Positions 47,782-58,346 of a stretch of 64,000 nucleotides of DNA are shown one piece after another. The DNA is from a virus, in the IMG/VR virus record IMGVR_UViG_3300005681_000033, positions 64,001 to 128,000 of that record. The stretch is one strand, 5' to 3'. The notes beneath the pieces were generated by a model that ran no database searches, had not been told where the DNA came from, and saw only the letters and a list, made by a program, of their open reading frames with translations. How positions within the stretch are numbered: the first letter of the stretch is position 1; each line of letters opens with the position of its first letter. A program made the position numbers and the translations under genes.

Positions 47782-48981
47782 ATGGTTGAAAAATGGTCTG
47801 ATAATGAGATAGCTTACATTATCAACTTAAAAGATACGACAGATCTTACTTGGGTAGAAATTACCGATAAGTATAATAAAAAGTTCAGAACTGATCGTAA
47901 CTTTGAAAGCATTAAAAAGTGTTATCAGAGGTATGCAAATTATCTTGACACTGCTGACATTCATGTCAAGACACTTAAGCAAATCCATCGAACTAAAAAG
48001 AACAGTGGATATACAGCGAAAGAAAATAAGTCTATTATTGAACAGTGGAATGAACGTGACGATTTAATCGAGACGATTCAAAACACTGTCAAGAAAATGT
48101 CACTTACAAAGTATAAAGTACCCAAGCAAGCTGCAAAGTCCAAAGCCAAAAAGAACATGACGTTAGAGTTGCTATTCTCTGACGTTCATTACGGCAAATA
48201 CATTGACAATATTGATGGAAACTTCGTTGATATAAAAGTAATCCGTGAGCGCGTTCGCAAGATTTCCGATTCTGTGGTGAAAGAAATCATCCGTGAGGGA
48301 AAGTCTTTTAATGTCGAACGTGTTGTTCTTGCCTTAATTGGTGATATTATTGAGAATGCAGACTTCCACGGACAAGAATCTGAAAAAGGCTGTGAATTCA
48401 GCACTTCACGTCAGGTTCAAGAAGCAATTAATTCTATGTTCTACGACTTGATTTTGCCAATTGCAAACACAGGGATTAAGATTGACGTTCCTTGCGTAAC
48501 TGGTAATCACGATCGTATTGGTCACAACAAAACTTACCAAAAACCAGGTGAGGATAATCTTACTTTTATTATTTACAGCACCCTAGAAATGCTTTGCAAA
48601 GCTTCTGGACTTACAAATGTTCATTTCCAAATTTCTAAGAGTTTGTACACTGCCATTTCAATCTATGGAAACACAGTTGTTTATGAGCACGGAGACGAAC
48701 TTAAGAATCTGAATCGAGATACTATGGCCAATCAAATGGCCAAGAGACAGGTACAACTTGGTCGAGTAGTTCATTTCTTTCGAGTTGGTCACTGGCACGA
48801 GCCGGTTCAGTACGGACAAGGTCGAATGATGGTAAATGGTTCTGTACCTGGCCAAGATGATTATGCTGATTCAAAAGCTTTTTGTTCTGAGGCAGTTCAA
48901 ATTATGAACTACTATGTTGAAACTGAAAAGCGAAACACTTGTTTCTTCCGTAGTTTTCCAATTTACGTTCAAAAGAAATAA
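47782..48981 (+). CDS. Metallophosphoesterase with N-terminal Myb/HTH-like domain
   Basis: SDVHYG, GDIIE, GNHD, HGD, GHWH. Confidence 0.85.
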   Translation: MVEKWSDNEIAYIINLKDTTDLTWVEITDKYNKKFRTDRNFESIKKCYQRYANYLDTADIHVKTLKQIHRTKKNSGYTAKENKSIIEQWNERDDLIETIQNTVKKMSLTKYKVPKQAAKSKAKKNMTLELLFSDVHYGKYIDNIDGNFVDIKVIRERVRKISDSVVKEIIREGKSFNVERVVLALIGDIIENADFHGQESEKGCEFSTSRQVQEAINSMFYDLILPIANTGIKIDVPCVTGNHDRIGHNKTYQKPGEDNLTFIIYSTLEMLCKASGLTNVHFQISKSLYTAISIYGNTVVYEHGDELKNLNRDTMANQMAKRQVQLGRVVHFFRVGHWHEPVQYGQGRMMVNGSVPGQDDYADSKAFCSEAVQIMNYYVETEKRNTCFFRSFPIYVQKK

Positions 48982-49010
48982 CATTAAAAATAAAAATATT
49001 GTTTTTTAAG

Positions 49011-49033
49011 AGGCTCCGAAAGGAGCCTTTTTT
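49011..49033 (+). terminator. Rho-independent terminator fused to the next promoter
   Basis: AGGCTCC-GAAA-GGAGCCT-TTTTT then TATGG-TAATAT. Confidence 0.88.
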
Positions 49034-49063
49034 ATGGTAATATAACAATATGAGAGGTGCAAC

Positions 49064-49408
49064 ATGGGTAGAAAAAAACATACCGAAAAACCTCACAATA
49101 ATGAAGAAAAACTTGAAAAAGTGATTGTGCGATTAGAAAGAGATATTAATAAATTGAAATCTAGAAATAAATCTCTAGAAGAAGATTTAAAAGCCACAGC
49201 AGAATACTTGATGCAGATTTCCAGAGACAAAACTCTAGATTTTATTCAACAAGAAATTCAAGATAAAACAGAAGTTAAAACTGACAAAGTTTGTCCACGC
49301 TGTAGCTCCACAAACATGAGAAGGGTCAATCTGGGTGTTGTGACAATCATCGCCTGTGGTGATTGTGAATATAGGAATAGAATTAATGAGTCAGGACAAA
49401 AAACTTAA
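49064..49408 (+). CDS. Coiled-coil / zinc-ribbon protein
   Basis: CPRC...CGDC. Confidence 0.6.
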   Translation: MGRKKHTEKPHNNEEKLEKVIVRLERDINKLKSRNKSLEEDLKATAEYLMQISRDKTLDFIQQEIQDKTEVKTDKVCPRCSSTNMRRVNLGVVTIIACGDCEYRNRINESGQKT

Positions 49409-49775
49409 ACAGCTCAAGGATCATATCGTGGGACTTGTTATGAAATTGACGGTTATTGAAAGTGATCTAAAGGCTGTTGAAGGTGATTTGGTGTTTCTAG
49501 AGTCCATGAAACTCAATATGGAAGAAAACATTAAGATTCTAAAAAAAGATGGAATTGTAACGATTGCTGCTGAATATAAAAAGATTATGGCTGAAAAGGC
49601 CACGCTTGACAAAAACCTAACCTTTTACATTAACGTTAAAAATAAGTTATTAAGAGACCAGAGTAAGTACGAGAAGTTGAAAGATGACTCTATGAATGAG
49701 TTTGAGCGTTTAAGTAAAAATGAAGAAAATCAACAAGTTATAGTTCAGTTTGATCCATCTAAAAGGAAAAAATGA
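49386..49775 (+). CDS. Hypothetical coiled-coil protein
   Basis: ORF within the operon. Confidence 0.55.
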   Translation: MSQDKKLKQLKDHIVGLVMKLTVIESDLKAVEGDLVFLESMKLNMEENIKILKKDGIVTIAAEYKKIMAEKATLDKNLTFYINVKNKLLRDQSKYEKLKDDSMNEFERLSKNEENQQVIVQFDPSKRKK

Positions 49776-49984
49776 AGGATAAGAAAGTTTTGAAAAAGAA
49801 AATCATGGAAGACCCCGATTTTATTTATTGTCCTCGACTTGGCAATTCCTTAACAAAATTGGTCAACAAACACCCCGATGGTATTGATGACGAAAGAATT
49901 GAAAAGGTGTTGTTGATGACAAAAAGTGAAATTGAAACAGTTTATCAATCTGCTTTGGAAAAATTACGAGATTTTGTAAAATAA
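49772..49984 (+). CDS. Small sigma-region-4/HTH-like protein
   Basis: DERIEKVLLMTKSEIETVYQSALEKLR. Confidence 0.45.
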   Translation: MKDKKVLKKKIMEDPDFIYCPRLGNSLTKLVNKHPDGIDDERIEKVLLMTKSEIETVYQSALEKLRDFVK

Positions 49985-50007
49985 TTGTGGTATAATAGAG
50001 AGAGGTC

Positions 50008-50643
50008 GTGATGCATTATTTATGGTTTGACACAGAAACAGGTGGAACTAATCCAAAAATCCACTCTTTATTAACTGCTTATTTTGCTTTGTGCGATAAA
50101 GACTTAAATGTTTTTGATGAGCTTTATTTGCAACTAAAACCTTCTGATATCACTAAAATCAATGTGGTTCAAGAGGCTATGGATGTTAATAAAATCAATT
50201 TAGAAGAACACCTAAAAGACCCTGCAACTATTACTTATGAAGAGGGCAAGTTAAAACTTCAAGCATTTTTGAGCAGAAACAAAATTAAGGGTAAGCGAAG
50301 GTCTTTCATGCCAGCTGGACACAACGTAGCTTTTGATAAAGAAATGTTGTGGAATCAAATGATTTCCCAAGAAGAATTTGAAAAAGACGTGCATTATCGC
50401 ACAATTGATACATCTTCTATCACAACGTTTTTAAAAGATGTTGGTATTCTACCTGAGGATTTGGGCAACCTTTCTAGCTTGGTTGAGCACTATGGCGTAC
50501 CTAAGCGTGAAGCTCATACTGCTAAAGATGACGTTCGAATGAATATTGATGTGTATCGCGCCATGAGAAAACAAATCCAAGCTAAAAAACAAGATATGAT
50601 CGGTGGAACCACCAATTCACTTCTAGCAATCGTTGAGGGCTAA
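50008..50643 (+). CDS. DnaQ-like DEDDh 3'-5' exonuclease
   Basis: DTETGG, GHNVAFD, HTAKDD. Confidence 0.9.
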   Translation: MMHYLWFDTETGGTNPKIHSLLTAYFALCDKDLNVFDELYLQLKPSDITKINVVQEAMDVNKINLEEHLKDPATITYEEGKLKLQAFLSRNKIKGKRRSFMPAGHNVAFDKEMLWNQMISQEEFEKDVHYRTIDTSSITTFLKDVGILPEDLGNLSSLVEHYGVPKREAHTAKDDVRMNIDVYRAMRKQIQAKKQDMIGGTTNSLLAIVEG

Positions 50644-53600
50644 TGAATCATATTTCCCCAGTTAATCATCCTGAAAGTTATCTTACCGGCTCTACTGTTG
50701 AGGCAATGATCGACCGTAGTAAAGAGCTGGGTTTGAATTACTTTCCAATTACAGACCTAGGATATTTAACATCTGTACTTAAAGGCTATATCTACGGTGA
50801 AAAAGTCGGCGTGAAAGTTATCGCTGGCGTCGAGTTATTTTTTAAAGACGACGATTGTGAAATTATCAAAAACACACCATCCGAACAAATTAAGTATTTT
50901 AAAATCGTCGTTCATGCTAAGGACCAAGATGCATATCAAAAAATCGTTAAAATGTGCTCAGACACAAAGCGAAAAAGACTTTGGGTCGCTGAGAACTCTT
51001 ATGGACTATTTACCTGGAAAGACCTGGAAGAATTGGCTAAATCCAACGTCACTGTCACAACTTCAAATGTGGAGTGTATGGTCTCTAAACATCTTTTGGT
51101 TGGTCGTGCTGACCTTGGTTTAAAATATTACGAAAAACTTCGCAATCTATTTGGAGCTGAAAACTTCTATCCTAGCATTGTACCTTACAAACAGGATAAA
51201 TATTGGAGTACAGTTGTTAAGGTTCAGTTGGGAGAAAAAGAAGTATTTATCCCAGCTAACGATCGCATTGAAACAGACCAGTACGAAAAAGCTAAGGCTG
51301 TTGAATTAACTCGACGTGGTAATAAACATACAAAAGTTTTGGCTGTATTTATCGATGGTGTTCGTTTTAAAGTTAAAGAAGAGAATCAACTTATCGGAAA
51401 AGCTAAGCTTTTGAACACTTATCAGGATATTCCTGGTGGTGATATTCAAACGAAAGCCAATCAGTTTGTTATGGCTCTTGCACATCGATATGGTGACCAA
51501 GATCGTTTGTTGATCAACAACAATTCTTATTACGCCACAAAGGAAGATAAAGTCGTCCAAGATATGAAGCTTGGCGAGGAAAAGCGCATTTATCAATCTC
51601 AATTTATTGCCACTGTGGATGAGATTAAAGAATATCTCACTGGTGAACTTGCATTGCCTGAGACTTCCATTCAGACTATGGTAAATAATTCTCATGCATG
51701 GGCTGGATTGTTCAAAGAATTCAAGCTTAAATATGACTATCGATTGCCCACCCCTGAAGGCGACCCGCTTGAATTATTGGAAAAACAAATCGCTAAGGTT
51801 GGTCGTATGCCTTGGGATGATGAACGATACGTTAAGCAATACAAAGAAGAGCTAGAATTATTAACTGGCAATGGAGTCATCAATCTTATTCCATACTTCT
51901 TACCCATTGTTGACGTTTACGATTATTATGAAAAAAATGGCTATTTGACAGGTCCTGGTCGAGGTTCTGCAGGTGGTTTTTTAATTTCATATCTATTGGG
52001 GATTACTCACGTTGACCCTATTAAACTAGGATTGTCTTCACCACGTTTCTTAACTATGGACCGTGTTAAACAAGGCAATCTACCCGATATTGACTGTGAC
52101 TTAGAGTCTCGCGTACCTTTGGTGGGTAAAGACGGCTCTTCTGGCTATTTATTTGAAAAATATGGCGACAAAGCCGCTCAAGTCTCTACTAGAACCCTTT
52201 TGCGTATTAAATCAGCTATCTTGGATGCAAATCGATTCTTGAATAAGGGCGTTGTTGCTCAAGAAATCTCTGCTTTGGCCAAAAGTCTTCCTAATACCCC
52301 TCAAGGTGTGGATGATTACGAATATGTTCTAGGGTATGAGGATGACAAGGGCGAATATCACCCAGGATTATTTGATAAGAACGAAGATCTGCAAAAATAC
52401 GCACAGGAACGTCCACAAGAGTGGGATATTGTTAAAAGGGCTCTATCATTAGCCCGACAGAATTCACGCCATGCGTGCGCCTACCTTGTCGCAGATAGGC
52501 CAATTGAAGATATTATCCCTACCTTTGAAGTTGGTGGTGTGAAGCGTATCACCCAACCCACAGCCAAAGAATGCGAATATGCAGGTCTGGTCAAATACGA
52601 TTTCCTTGTGATTTCATCACTTAAAGATATCAACTTGTGTTTAAAATACATTAACCAGCATCATGGTGATAAAAACATGAAAACTGGTTATTTCATGCAT
52701 AAGGGCAAAAACACCTATGTATGGGATTTACCACAGGATAAAGAAATTTACGACATGCTTTCTAGTGGAAAAACAGAAACTGTATTCCAATTGAATTCGG
52801 CAGGTTCCACACCCACTGTCAAAAAAGTTAAACCAACCAATATCGTTGATTTGGCTACGATCACATCTTTAGAGCGTCCGGGTCCAAAAGACTTTAGAGA
52901 CCCTAAAACCGGTCGAAACATGGTGGAAGAATTTATCGAACGTAAAAATGGCAGATCTGTCTCTGACATTCCTATTTTACAAGAATTGATTCCTGAAACC
53001 TATGGTATTTTGGTTTTCCAAGAACAGATCACAAAGATTGCCAAAGAACTTGGTCAAATGAACGTTGAGGATTCAGAGAACGTTCGTATCGGGATGGGTA
53101 AGAAGAAAAAGAAATTACTTGATAGTTTAGGGCCTGTATTTATTGAAGGTGCCTCGAAACGAACTGACCCAGAAACGGCTAAGAAAATCTGGTCTATGAT
53201 GGAAACGTTCGCACGTTACGGATTTAATAAATCTCATGCCGTTGCATACGTTGTGGTTTCATATGCTTGTGCATTTTTTAAGTATTATTACCCCCTTGAA
53301 TGGTGGGCAGCTGTGCTTTCCAATGCCGATCAAAAGGAAATTAACGAAGTATTCTACAAATACGTAAAAGACATGGTTCTTCCACCAGACGTTAATACTT
53401 CAAATGAAGAAATGACTGTGGATTACAATCTAGGTAAAATTCGTAACAAACTATCCATGATTTCTGGTATTGGTACTGCTGCAGCTGAGAAAATCATCTC
53501 TAGACGTCCATACAGCGACATCACAGATTTTGTTCGCAAAAAAGCGTGTGGCTACAACATGACCAAAAAGTTAATTCACGTTGGTGCTTTGGATTCGTTA

Positions 53601-54296
53601 TTTGACAAAAAAGAATCTTTAATTGGTAAGATCTCAAAATATGAAAGAGCGGTTAAGCTTGTTGAGCATGAGCAAAAAATCAAAGATTACGATGCTCGCA
53701 TTGCTAAATTTCAAGCTGAGGGCGACCTTAAAGGAGTCCAAAGAACTGAGAATCTTAAGGCCAAGCTGATTGCTGCCGGACCTGCTGAAGAGCATTGTGA
53801 TGATTTTTATGGTTCTTTAACCTATAAGAAAAAACTAGACTTTCTTGTTAAAAAATCTATCTTTCCTAGCATGACATTGGATTTACAAAGTGTTTTGGAA
53901 AAAGACTCTAAATTACCAATCACTACAGGTGGACACCATAGTACCATTATGGATAAATGGGGTCGGGATACTATTTTAATCTCAGGTGAGCATTTACAAC
54001 AGATTGATTCTACGTTTTTAACTAAAGATGCGAAGTTTTGTGTGCCTGGATATGTCTTAAAATGCGAAACCTTTAAATATGATGGCGGCAACAAAAAAGC
54101 TCTCAAAATGATCATTGACTCATCTGGATACATCTCAGAAAAAGTTTTATGGCCCGATTACAATACAGGCCAATTAATTTATCCACCAGATCTAACAGAA
54201 GGGTGTATTGCATATTTTGTGTATCAAAAGAAGGCAGATAAGCCGTATACGAACATTTTTGAGATTATTGTGGAAGAACCTGCAATTACAGCTTGA
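50643..54296 (+). CDS. dnaE: DNA polymerase III alpha subunit (family C)
   Basis: PHP domain, GPGRGSAGG, PDIDCD, LVKYDFL, FQEQ, YGFNKSHA. Confidence 0.95.
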   Translation: MNHISPVNHPESYLTGSTVEAMIDRSKELGLNYFPITDLGYLTSVLKGYIYGEKVGVKVIAGVELFFKDDDCEIIKNTPSEQIKYFKIVVHAKDQDAYQKIVKMCSDTKRKRLWVAENSYGLFTWKDLEELAKSNVTVTTSNVECMVSKHLLVGRADLGLKYYEKLRNLFGAENFYPSIVPYKQDKYWSTVVKVQLGEKEVFIPANDRIETDQYEKAKAVELTRRGNKHTKVLAVFIDGVRFKVKEENQLIGKAKLLNTYQDIPGGDIQTKANQFVMALAHRYGDQDRLLINNNSYYATKEDKVVQDMKLGEEKRIYQSQFIATVDEIKEYLTGELALPETSIQTMVNNSHAWAGLFKEFKLKYDYRLPTPEGDPLELLEKQIAKVGRMPWDDERYVKQYKEELELLTGNGVINLIPYFLPIVDVYDYYEKNGYLTGPGRGSAGGFLISYLLGITHVDPIKLGLSSPRFLTMDRVKQGNLPDIDCDLESRVPLVGKDGSSGYLFEKYGDKAAQVSTRTLLRIKSAILDANRFLNKGVVAQEISALAKSLPNTPQGVDDYEYVLGYEDDKGEYHPGLFDKNEDLQKYAQERPQEWDIVKRALSLARQNSRHACAYLVADRPIEDIIPTFEVGGVKRITQPTAKECEYAGLVKYDFLVISSLKDINLCLKYINQHHGDKNMKTGYFMHKGKNTYVWDLPQDKEIYDMLSSGKTETVFQLNSAGSTPTVKKVKPTNIVDLATITSLERPGPKDFRDPKTGRNMVEEFIERKNGRSVSDIPILQELIPETYGILVFQEQITKIAKELGQMNVEDSENVRIGMGKKKKKLLDSLGPVFIEGASKRTDPETAKKIWSMMETFARYGFNKSHAVAYVVVSYACAFFKYYYPLEWWAAVLSNADQKEINEVFYKYVKDMVLPPDVNTSNEEMTVDYNLGKIRNKLSMISGIGTAAAEKIISRRPYSDITDFVRKKACGYNMTKKLIHVGALDSLFDKKESLIGKISKYERAVKLVEHEQKIKDYDARIAKFQAEGDLKGVQRTENLKAKLIAAGPAEEHCDDFYGSLTYKKKLDFLVKKSIFPSMTLDLQSVLEKDSKLPITTGGHHSTIMDKWGRDTILISGEHLQQIDSTFLTKDAKFCVPGYVLKCETFKYDGGNKKALKMIIDSSGYISEKVLWPDYNTGQLIYPPDLTEGCIAYFVYQKKADKPYTNIFEIIVEEPAITA

Positions 54297-54321
54297 CACT
54301 TTTTGTAATTTTTGTTATTCT
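54293..54321 (+). promoter_or_regulatory. Host sigma70-type promoter TTGACA-N17-TATTCT
   Basis: Near-consensus with TG extension, followed by RBS AGGAGG. Confidence 0.75.
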
Positions 54322-54340
54322 GTATTTGTTAGGAGGCATT

Positions 54341-54655
54341 ATGATGCTGACAGATTTAAACAAGTTCGATAAACAAAGATTTGACCTTTTGGTTTTTAAA
54401 ATTAAAGCTACTAAGCAAAATTACGTTCAATTTATGAATGAAAATGAACACTTACAAGGTTCTCGTTTTAACGATGACAACCGTATTGCTCGCATGATAT
54501 TGGGTTATTTTTATGGTGAAGCTAAAATGGATTATGTAATAGCTAACCAAAATTTCTTATTGACTGATTCTCAAGCTATTGAAACTTATATCAAAAAAGC
54601 AGTTTTGGAATCTGCTAGTGCAGATCACTGGTATACTAACGAGAAAGCTTGGTAA
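54341..54655 (+). CDS. Hypothetical protein
   Basis: ATG after AGGAGG. Confidence 0.65.
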   Translation: MMLTDLNKFDKQRFDLLVFKIKATKQNYVQFMNENEHLQGSRFNDDNRIARMILGYFYGEAKMDYVIANQNFLLTDSQAIETYIKKAVLESASADHWYTNEKAW

Positions 54656-54657
54656 TT

Positions 54658-55506
54658 ATGAAAATCATCGGGGTGGTTTTATCGATTTTTATATGTTTCA
54701 TGACCGGGGTTTTTGTAATTTCAAAAAGAACTCCTCAGTCTGAACCTGAAATTAAAGTAGAATCTTCTTTGATGTTAAGAGCTGGCAAAAACACAATTAA
54801 AGTTGCAGTTATTGATACTGGTTTTGATTTTAAATCCAATTGGACAAAAGCAGGCTTTACACTCCCAAAAATCTGTGACGAAGGTCATCAGGACTTTACT
54901 GGCTACGGCACACAAGATGTTCATGGGCATGGCACACACATTGCTGGCTTAATCGGTAAGGACATCGATGATGTGGATTATTGTATTGTAGCTTTAAAAT
55001 TCTATCACGATCACAATACTTTATTTTCAGAATCAAATTCGAAGCGTGCTATGAGAAAGGCAATTGAATTGGGTGTTGATGTGATTAATTATTCTGGTGG
55101 TGGAAATGACTTTGACGCCGATGAATGCAAACTAGTAAAATATGCTCTTGACAGTGGTATTCAGGTTGTAGCTGCTGCAGGCAATGAAAGATCCGATATT
55201 AACAAACATCCTTATTATCCAGCGATGTGTGATAAAAGAGTAATTATTGTGCAAAACGTTGATATTAAAGGGAAAAGATTGCCTTCTTCTAATTATTCGT
55301 TAAATCGTAAGGGTGAGACTCATGTTTATTCAGAGTGTGGAGACAAACGTCTATCTCTAGGCTTAAACAATGCCTTAGACCGAATGACCGGTAGCAGCCA
55401 ATCAACAGCTGTTATGACCGGCAAGGTAGTTAGAAAAATCCAAAACACTCGAAATTGGAAACAACATTATTTTAAAGCAATTCCTCAAAAAAACATGGAA
55501 GTGTGA
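54658..55506 (+). CDS. Subtilisin-like S8 protease with N-terminal membrane anchor
   Basis: VAVIDTG, HGHGTHIAG, AAAGN, MTGSSQS. Confidence 0.85.
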   Translation: MKIIGVVLSIFICFMTGVFVISKRTPQSEPEIKVESSLMLRAGKNTIKVAVIDTGFDFKSNWTKAGFTLPKICDEGHQDFTGYGTQDVHGHGTHIAGLIGKDIDDVDYCIVALKFYHDHNTLFSESNSKRAMRKAIELGVDVINYSGGGNDFDADECKLVKYALDSGIQVVAAAGNERSDINKHPYYPAMCDKRVIIVQNVDIKGKRLPSSNYSLNRKGETHVYSECGDKRLSLGLNNALDRMTGSSQSTAVMTGKVVRKIQNTRNWKQHYFKAIPQKNMEV

Positions 55507-55550
55507 TTTTTTGTGGTATTATCACAAATGAAGATGAACAAGGAGCGTAC

Positions 55551-56321
55551 ATGAGTACTTTGAAAGAACTTGCCGAAAAGATCAAACAGCAAAAAGCGAT
55601 TGCTGCTTCAGACCCAGGCAATGACCCACAAACGCGTAGGGTAAGATTGGGAAATATTACCCAAGCCAAAGAACAGCTTAAAGATTTGCGATTATCTTAT
55701 CGAAAATTGCTACTTAAAAGTGCAGCTTTTATTATTGTTACTGGAGATCAAGCTGACAAGTTTGCTAAAACTGCCGAAGAGAAGTACGATTGCTTTGCTG
55801 TAAACGCAGAGGATTTTTACAACGAAATGATCGAAAAAGTACCTGAAGTACTTTACAAAGATAAAATTTCTTCTGGAAATCTCTTTGAGCATATCGGCAA
55901 CGCATTGGAAGACAAGGCTCGCGATCTAGATATCGTGAGTTATCCAGCACTTATCTTTGAATCGAAATATAAAAAACAAATTAAAGATAAAAATGAACTT
56001 TTGTCATTGACAAAGTCGGCTATTAATGAGAAAGTAGGAAGTGAGATTGTTGGAATCGACGCTATGGATAAGATTTCCGATAAAGTTTTGAATTCAGAGC
56101 TTTCAGGAAAGACCATTCCGGTAGTTCTTTACACCTCTGATACAGCAACGGTAGAAGAGTTGTCAAAAGGCTTAAAGCGTTCTCTAACAAGAAACACACA
56201 TATTATTGCAACTGGCGAAGTGGACGATAAAACTAAAAACATTTCACTGGATGTAGTGGACAAAGTAACAACCAAGGCTGTTGAAAAAAGCCTTTTAAAA
56301 ATTAGACAAAGTTTGGTATAA
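55551..56321 (+). CDS. Hypothetical protein
   Basis: Promoter at 55512, RBS AAGGAG. Confidence 0.65.
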   Translation: MSTLKELAEKIKQQKAIAASDPGNDPQTRRVRLGNITQAKEQLKDLRLSYRKLLLKSAAFIIVTGDQADKFAKTAEEKYDCFAVNAEDFYNEMIEKVPEVLYKDKISSGNLFEHIGNALEDKARDLDIVSYPALIFESKYKKQIKDKNELLSLTKSAINEKVGSEIVGIDAMDKISDKVLNSELSGKTIPVVLYTSDTATVEELSKGLKRSLTRNTHIIATGEVDDKTKNISLDVVDKVTTKAVEKSLLKIRQSLV

Positions 56322-56338
56322 CCAACAAGGAGAGAAAG

Positions 56339-57361
56339 ATGGAATTAGGTAAGGCGAAATACGGCTCAGGTAAGACCGTTTTTAAAATTCAGGACGGAGA
56401 TAATGTTTATCGTATTCTTCCTCCTATGGGTAAACTTGCTAAACAAGGCAAGTGGTATGAGTACTATCGTGTTGAGTGGGGATACAAAAACTCCGCTGGC
56501 AAGAATCGTCCATTCCAAGACGTTCGTAAGGTAAACTATCAAAATAAAATGGTTGAGGTTGAATCAGATGCTCACCTTAGACGTGAAGCTTTAAAGGCTG
56601 AAAAAGACGCTCTTGTTAAAACTCTTCGTGCAAATCCACAAGATGCAGCTGCTTTGGCGCGTGCTAAAACAGTAACGGAAGAGCTTAAGCGTTACAATCT
56701 TGATGCTAAGTATTATCTTAATGCCATTGACCTTCAGGGTAAAATTGGATTGTTAAAGATCGGCTCTCGTGCTTTCAAGTTATTGAAAACTCAAATTGAA
56801 GATTTGCGCAAGACTGGAGTTGACCCACTTTCAATTGAAAATGGACGGTTTTTTAACTTTAATCGATCTAATCCAACCGGCAATTTTAACGATACAGCTT
56901 ACCAAGTAACTGTATACCAAGAAAACGTGCAAATTAACGGTAAAACATACAAAGAAGACAAGGTTCATGTGATTGATCAATCTATTATCGATCGTCTTTC
57001 TGATGAAGCCTATGAGCTTTCTGGTATGTATCCAGTGTTGACTGCAATTCAAGTTTCTCAAATCGTTAAAGAAGGTGCAACAGCTGTTGACCGCCTTCTT
57101 GGTGCAGGTAACGAGACTGCTTCAGATGATGATGGTGGAGATGATGAAGAAACAACACAATCTACACCAGTAATTGCTAGTCAGCAAGTACCTACCCAAA
57201 CAATGACTACGCAACCACCAGTTGTACAACAAGCAGTTGCACAAGCGGTACCTACAACAGAAACTCTAGTGGCCACTAAAACTGAGATTCCAGCTGCACC
57301 GCCTAAGGGTGAGGTTTCCGTAGATCAATTTTTAAAATCAATTGGAGCACTTAGCTCATGA
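56339..57361 (+). CDS. ssDNA-binding protein (T4 gp32-like)
   Basis: FKIQDGDNVYRILPP, YYLNAID, GRFFNFNR; near RecA. Confidence 0.65.
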   Translation: MELGKAKYGSGKTVFKIQDGDNVYRILPPMGKLAKQGKWYEYYRVEWGYKNSAGKNRPFQDVRKVNYQNKMVEVESDAHLRREALKAEKDALVKTLRANPQDAAALARAKTVTEELKRYNLDAKYYLNAIDLQGKIGLLKIGSRAFKLLKTQIEDLRKTGVDPLSIENGRFFNFNRSNPTGNFNDTAYQVTVYQENVQINGKTYKEDKVHVIDQSIIDRLSDEAYELSGMYPVLTAIQVSQIVKEGATAVDRLLGAGNETASDDDGGDDEETTQSTPVIASQQVPTQTMTTQPPVVQQAVAQAVPTTETLVATKTEIPAAPPKGEVSVDQFLKSIGALSS

Positions 57362-57864
57362 GTGATTCTAGCCTTCCTGTTAAATTACAAACTGTAGAGC
57401 TGGTAGTGCCAGCTTTTCAGGACCGTCAAGCAGTTACACTGTATTTCGGTAAAATTAAAGAAGGCGAAAGTCGTTTGGTTGAGTCTCAAATTGTTAATCC
57501 GTCCACATATTCAGAATTGTCATATGCTTTTAACGAAGGATATCGTGAAGCCAGAGCCAATATTAGATCTATTGGCTTTGAAATCGTACAAGCTGATAAA
57601 ATGTATCGGAAGAAAAAATCCGAACTCATTCTCGACGAATATCCAGCGTTTTTAAAAACTGTGGATATGAAAGACAATGCAACTCTTAGAGAGGCATTTT
57701 TAGAAAAAAATCAAGAGTTGGAAAAAATTCAAGATCGTATCGATATGCTTAAGGCAATGCATCAATTGATGGAAGATAAGATTAAAGTTTTTGAAAACGC
57801 TTGCAAATACATGAAGGTTCAAATGGACCTAATTAAAGGTAGTTTTAACTCAAACAAATATTAG
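57358..57864 (+). CDS. UvsY-like recombination mediator
   Basis: Helical protein between SSB and RecA; DNATLREAF. Confidence 0.4.
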   Translation: MSDSSLPVKLQTVELVVPAFQDRQAVTLYFGKIKEGESRLVESQIVNPSTYSELSYAFNEGYREARANIRSIGFEIVQADKMYRKKKSELILDEYPAFLKTVDMKDNATLREAFLEKNQELEKIQDRIDMLKAMHQLMEDKIKVFENACKYMKVQMDLIKGSFNSNKY

Positions 57865-57871
57865 AGGGTTT

Positions 57872-58102
57872 ATGCAAATTTACGCTATTAAATTCAGAAA
57901 CAAAGGTGAGAAGGTTTACACTTCTGCATTGTTCACAGCAAGAACACACCAATCTTTCTCTAAGAAACTAAAAAAGTTTCTAGGTACTGATAATGGAATG
58001 GAAGTAGATCGCAGAACCATTTCTTGGTCTGGCGGCTCTATTCCACTTGGCAGCACACAAAAACCTTTATTAATCTACACTGATTTAGACAGTGTAACAT
58101 AG
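57872..58102 (+). CDS. Hypothetical protein
   Basis: RBS GAGG. Confidence 0.5.
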   Translation: MQIYAIKFRNKGEKVYTSALFTARTHQSFSKKLKKFLGTDNGMEVDRRTISWSGGSIPLGSTQKPLLIYTDLDSVT

Positions 58103-58110
58103 GAGATGAT

Positions 58111-58338
58111 ATGAACGGTAAAAAAGCTAAAGAAATTCGTAGAATGGCAAAAGAAGCAGGACACTTTGACACAAAACCAGAGTATCGAGCTAAAATTACT
58201 AAGAAAATGGCATACTATATCAACGATAAAGGCGTGCCACAAGCTCAAGAAGTTCAACGCCAAACAATCATTAATGTTAACAAAATCATTTATCGTCGAA
58301 TGAAACAAGCTTACAAAAACGGCGAATTAGCTGTTTAA
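58111..58338 (+). CDS. Small basic hypothetical protein
   Basis: RBS AGGAG. Confidence 0.6.
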   Translation: MNGKKAKEIRRMAKEAGHFDTKPEYRAKITKKMAYYINDKGVPQAQEVQRQTIINVNKIIYRRMKQAYKNGELAV

Positions 58339-58346
58339 GGTGATTT

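Noticed and set aside
9637-55550. N-terminal extensions in the ORF track (e.g. starts 10182, 17149, 37770, 44348, 54293, 55503)
   Set aside because: They run through promoters, terminators or upstream genes; downstream ATGs with RBS or promoter fit better.
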